Positions 61,081 through 64,000 of a stretch of 64,000 nucleotides of DNA are shown here, in pieces. Location of the stretch: assembly GCA_036000865.1 (NCBI GenBank), contig DASYUV010000252.1, positions 623 to 64,622 of the forward strand, given 5' to 3'. Origin of the DNA: Candidatus Binatia bacterium. GTDB lineage: Bacteria > Desulfobacterota > Binatia > UBA9968. A program made the position numbers and the translations under genes. Below the pieces are notes generated by a model, which saw only the letters and a list, made by a program, of their open reading frames with translations, had not been told where the DNA came from and searched no databases. Positions within the stretch are counted from its first letter, which is position 1. Each line of letters starts with the position of its first letter.

Positions 61081-63366
61081 TCATAACATACTGTAGGGAT
61101 CTACATCAATGTGGAGGCGCATGCCGCGCGACCAGGGCAATAGCTCGCGCGCTTGCCGGGCGAAATCCAACAACGTGGCGCTCTGCTTGCTTCGAAGCAA
61201 AAATTGCCACCGGTAGCGGTTGCGGAGCTTTTCGATCGGCGCCGCCGCCGGGCCAAGCACTTCGATGTGCTCGCGAAACCTCGACTGGCAATGCTGTAGC
61301 TCGCGTAATTTACCCGCTAACGTTCCGGCCTTTTTCTCGACTTCTTCAAGCTTCGGCCCGTCGAGCCGCAGGCTTACCAACCGAGTAAAAGGCGGATAGT
61401 TGAGGGCGCGACGAAATTCGCTCTCGGCTTCGAAAAAGCCTTTGTAGTCATGAGCCACCAAGTACTGAATGGCGTAATGGTCGGGCGCATAGGTTTGTAT
61501 GATGACCCGCCCCGGATCATCGCCGCGTCCGGACCGACCGGCGACTTGACTTAACAATTGGAAAGTTCGCTCGGCGGCACGGAAATCGGGCAAATTTAGC
61601 GAAAGATCCGCCAATAGAGCGCCTACCAGGGTCACGCCGGCAACGTCATGACCTTTGGTGATCATTTGCGTGCCCACGAGGATATCGATCTCGCCTCTTT
61701 CCCATTGGCGGATCAATGTTTCGTGAGAACCGCGCCTGCTCGTCGTATCCCTGTCCATGCGCGCGACTCGCGCTTGCGGGACAAGCTGCCGTAGCCTCTG
61801 TTCGATCCGCTCCGTGCCGCTTCCTACGCCGGCAAGAGTTGGATTTTTGCACTCGGGGCACATCTCTGTCACCGATCTTTGATAACCGCAATGGTGGCAG
61901 GAGAGCTTTTTCTGTTTCAAGTGCAAGGTCAGCGTCACGCTACAGTATGAGCAGCGCCATACGTGGCCGCACGCGGTGCATTGAAGAAAGTTGGCAAAGC
62001 CTCTGCGGTTTAAGAAAATCAACGTCTGGCGGCGCGCTTGAAAATTCTCTTTCAAGGCATGGACGAAAGTGTCGGAAAACAACGGCCGATCGGGATTCTT
62101 ACGGTCAACCGCGGCTGACGTTGCCGGTGAATCCGGATGCCATTTCGGCGTGTGAACTTGAGCCCGGACATCGATCGCTTCGATCTTAGGTAACGAACGT
62201 TGCTCCACCCGTTGAGTGATTTCCAGAAGCCGATAACGGTTTTGGCGGCAGTTTTCGTAGCTCTCGAGCGCCGGCGTCGCTGAGCCCAAAATAACCGGGC
62301 AATCAAGAAGCTTGCCGCGGACAACAGCCACATCTCGGCCATTGTAGCGCAGTCCTTCTTCTTGCTTGTAAGAAGGATCGTGTTCTTCGTCGACAACGAT
62401 CAGTCCGAGGTCGGGAATCGGCGCGAATACCGCGGACCGGGCGCCGACGATTACGTCTAAATTTCCTTTGGCAATTTGCCGCCACTGGGTCCACCGTTCG
62501 GCATTGGTGAGAGCGCTGTGAAGCATGCCGATCTTTCCCGGAAAACGGGCGTCGAGCCGATCGATCAGTTGTGGGGTGAGCGAGATCTCGGGGATAAGAA
62601 TTAAACTTCGCCGCCCGAGTTCTTTAGCTCGCTCCATGGCGCGCAGGTAAATTTCGGTCTTGCCGCTGCCGGTTACGCCATGCAACAAGAAGGTTTCAAA
62701 ACCGCCGGTTCTGATGCGGCCATCGATAGCCGACAGAGCGGCGTCCTGCTCGGCAGTCAATTCAAATCTCACCAGAGTGGAATTTGATTCACGACTTGCG
62801 GCAGAGAGCGGTTCGATTTTAGCGCGTCTCTGCTTGGCTAAATGCTCTTCAATTTTGATTGCCCCCAACGATTCCAGGCGCGCCAAGATTCGCTCGAGCG
62901 GATGGTTGGAAAATCTTCGGGCCAGCGTTTTGACATTTATCCTTCCTTTGCGTTGCGCCAGCTCGCGCAGCACCTTCTTGCCGAGCTCATCAGTGACGGT
63001 CGGGTTGGCTCGCTCGAGAATGACAGTTCTCTGACTCTGTCGACGTGAGTTCGGTGGCATCATGGTAGCCACAACTTCACCGAGGGATGTCAGGTAGTAG
63101 CGTGAAATCCAGTGAGCGAGATTAATGAGCTGCTGATCGAAAATCGGTTGATGATCCAACGGCTCAATAATTGGTTGGGTCTCGGCCCTTGGATTTTCGG
63201 CAACAAAATCCAAGACAATGCCCGTAACCGTGCGCTTTTGCAGCGGGATCAAGACCCTGATGCCGACAACGATTTGGTCTTCTAAAGTATCGGGGATGCT
63301 GTAAATTAGGGGATTTTTGAGCGGCGCGGGGACAATGATTCGTGCGAGCTTTGGTGCCGGTTTCAT
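61081..63366 (-). CDS. priA: Primosomal protein N' (replication restart helicase PriA)
   Basis: Walker A GVTGSGKTE, DEEHD box and a Cys-rich zinc-binding insertion (CTACGH..CSYC...CHHCGY..CPEC). Confidence 0.92.
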   Translation of the reverse strand: MKPAPKLARIIVPAPLKNPLIYSIPDTLEDQIVVGIRVLIPLQKRTVTGIVLDFVAENPRAETQPIIEPLDHQPIFDQQLINLAHWISRYYLTSLGEVVATMMPPNSRRQSQRTVILERANPTVTDELGKKVLRELAQRKGRINVKTLARRFSNHPLERILARLESLGAIKIEEHLAKQRRAKIEPLSAASRESNSTLVRFELTAEQDAALSAIDGRIRTGGFETFLLHGVTGSGKTEIYLRAMERAKELGRRSLILIPEISLTPQLIDRLDARFPGKIGMLHSALTNAERWTQWRQIAKGNLDVIVGARSAVFAPIPDLGLIVVDEEHDPSYKQEEGLRYNGRDVAVVRGKLLDCPVILGSATPALESYENCRQNRYRLLEITQRVEQRSLPKIEAIDVRAQVHTPKWHPDSPATSAAVDRKNPDRPLFSDTFVHALKENFQARRQTLIFLNRRGFANFLQCTACGHVWRCSYCSVTLTLHLKQKKLSCHHCGYQRSVTEMCPECKNPTLAGVGSGTERIEQRLRQLVPQARVARMDRDTTSRRGSHETLIRQWERGEIDILVGTQMITKGHDVAGVTLVGALLADLSLNLPDFRAAERTFQLLSQVAGRSGRGDDPGRVIIQTYAPDHYAIQYLVAHDYKGFFEAESEFRRALNYPPFTRLVSLRLDGPKLEEVEKKAGTLAGKLRELQHCQSRFREHIEVLGPAAAPIEKLRNRYRWQFLLRSKQSATLLDFARQARELLPWSRGMRLHIDVDPYSML

Positions 63367-63696
63367 CGCTGCACTTGTACCCAGCGACCCTCACAAAAGC
63401 AATACGAGATAAATCCACCAGCGCTGAACTATTTTGTTCAATTCTGTCAGTCGGCGGCCCCTTGGCCCAAGGCATCAGTAATCCCGGTAGTTTTCGATGT
63501 CACGGATATTATGGGCAAAAATGGACTTGGATTGCTATTGATAAGACTGGCAGTTGCTTTGCTTAAAAAAGTACTCCCAATTAACATAATTAGCCATAAT
63601 TACGCATAAATTTTGTTGACTTAAAGTATTGTATCGAGTAGAAAAGCCTCAACTTTTTTGCATTTCCTAAGCTCCTCACGATAAACGCTTGCGCCG

Positions 63697-63906
63697 ATGG
63701 ATCAAGTCGATCAAGAGAATGACGTCAAGAAGATGCGCGAAGCGAAAATGTTGAGCAAGGCTGAGCTTGCGCGCTTGGCGGGAATCTCACCGTTGACACT
63801 TGATCGCATTGAAAAGGGAAGGGATTGTCGGATGGCAACCAAACGCAAGATCCTTCTGGCTTTGGGTCTGACCATTGAACAAAAGCATACGCTCTTCAAG
63901 CAATAA
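63697..63906 (+). CDS. XRE-family helix-turn-helix transcriptional regulator
   Basis: 69 aa with the LSKAELARLAGISPLTLDRIEKG HTH. Confidence 0.7.
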   Translation: MDQVDQENDVKKMREAKMLSKAELARLAGISPLTLDRIEKGRDCRMATKRKILLALGLTIEQKHTLFKQ

Positions 63907-63909
63907 TCC

Positions 63910-64000
63910 ATGCCTTCGTTCTGGAAAATTTTTAATCTCGGATTTTTGAATTCGTTGGGTGGCCACGACGGTTACGTTGCGCTCGATATCGGTTCAAGTT
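63910..64000 (+). CDS. PilM/FtsA-like actin-fold ATPase, N-terminal fragment (runs off the window)
   Basis: The ATG at 63910 opens MPSFWKIFNLGFLNSLGGHDGYVALDIGSS. The LDIGSS phosphate-1 motif is typical of PilM. Only 30 codons are visible. Confidence 0.4.
   Translation, partial: MPSFWKIFNLGFLNSLGGHDGYVALDIGSS

Overview
This is a gene-dense 64-kb bacterial window. It looks like a MAG-type soil or sediment organism, but the taxon cannot be assigned by eye. All family calls rest on motif recognition, not database searches. The window has three parts. (1) 1-10291 is a housekeeping block: an OM beta-barrel fragment, a molybdopterin-binding protein, an isochorismatase-family hydrolase, a korAB-type 2-oxoacid:ferredoxin oxidoreductase, a 4xCBS protein, clpS-clpA and an M48 peptidase. 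(2) 10292-57304 is a ~47-kb insertion bounded by a perfect 30-bp direct repeat that equals the 3' end of tRNA-Pro(CGG). The intact tRNA gene lies at 57278-57354 and an orphan 3' fragment at 10295-10321. A 5'-truncated tyrosine-integrase remnant sits next to the tRNA, so this looks like a fossil tRNA-targeted genomic island. The island holds 43 intact genes, and 33 of them fall in seven within-island paralogue families: 10 signal-peptide-bearing NMT1/SsuA-type solute-binding proteins (plus 1 frameshifted pseudogene), with no permease or ATPase anywhere in the island; 5 pairs of split ComD/ComE-like (sulfopyruvate/phosphonopyruvate-decarboxylase-like) ThDP enzyme subunits; 4 hydantoinase/dihydropyrimidinase-like cyclic amidohydrolases that all carry E-x-H in place of the canonical H-x-H metal motif; 3 UbiD-family decarboxylases with no UbiX; 2 TRZ/ATZ-type amidohydrolases; 2 molybdenum-hydroxylase large subunits sharing one FAD/2Fe-2S/CoxG set; and 2 DUF3891-like proteins. 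The remaining island genes are a Rieske oxygenase, a Rieske ferredoxin, a VOC protein, a HIBADH-type dehydrogenase, an LLM oxidoreductase, a YciI protein and a single IclR regulator. (3) 57305-64000 holds tRNA-Pro, rpe, rsmB, fmt, def, priA, an XRE regulator and the start of a pilM-like gene. The most interesting signal is the repeated module of a binding protein plus a split ThDP decarboxylase, often with UbiD, Mo-hydroxylase or amidohydrolase genes alongside. It looks like an undescribed uptake-linked catabolic toolbox, possibly for anionic or carboxylated (N-hetero)cyclic acids or sulfo/phosphono 2-oxo acids.
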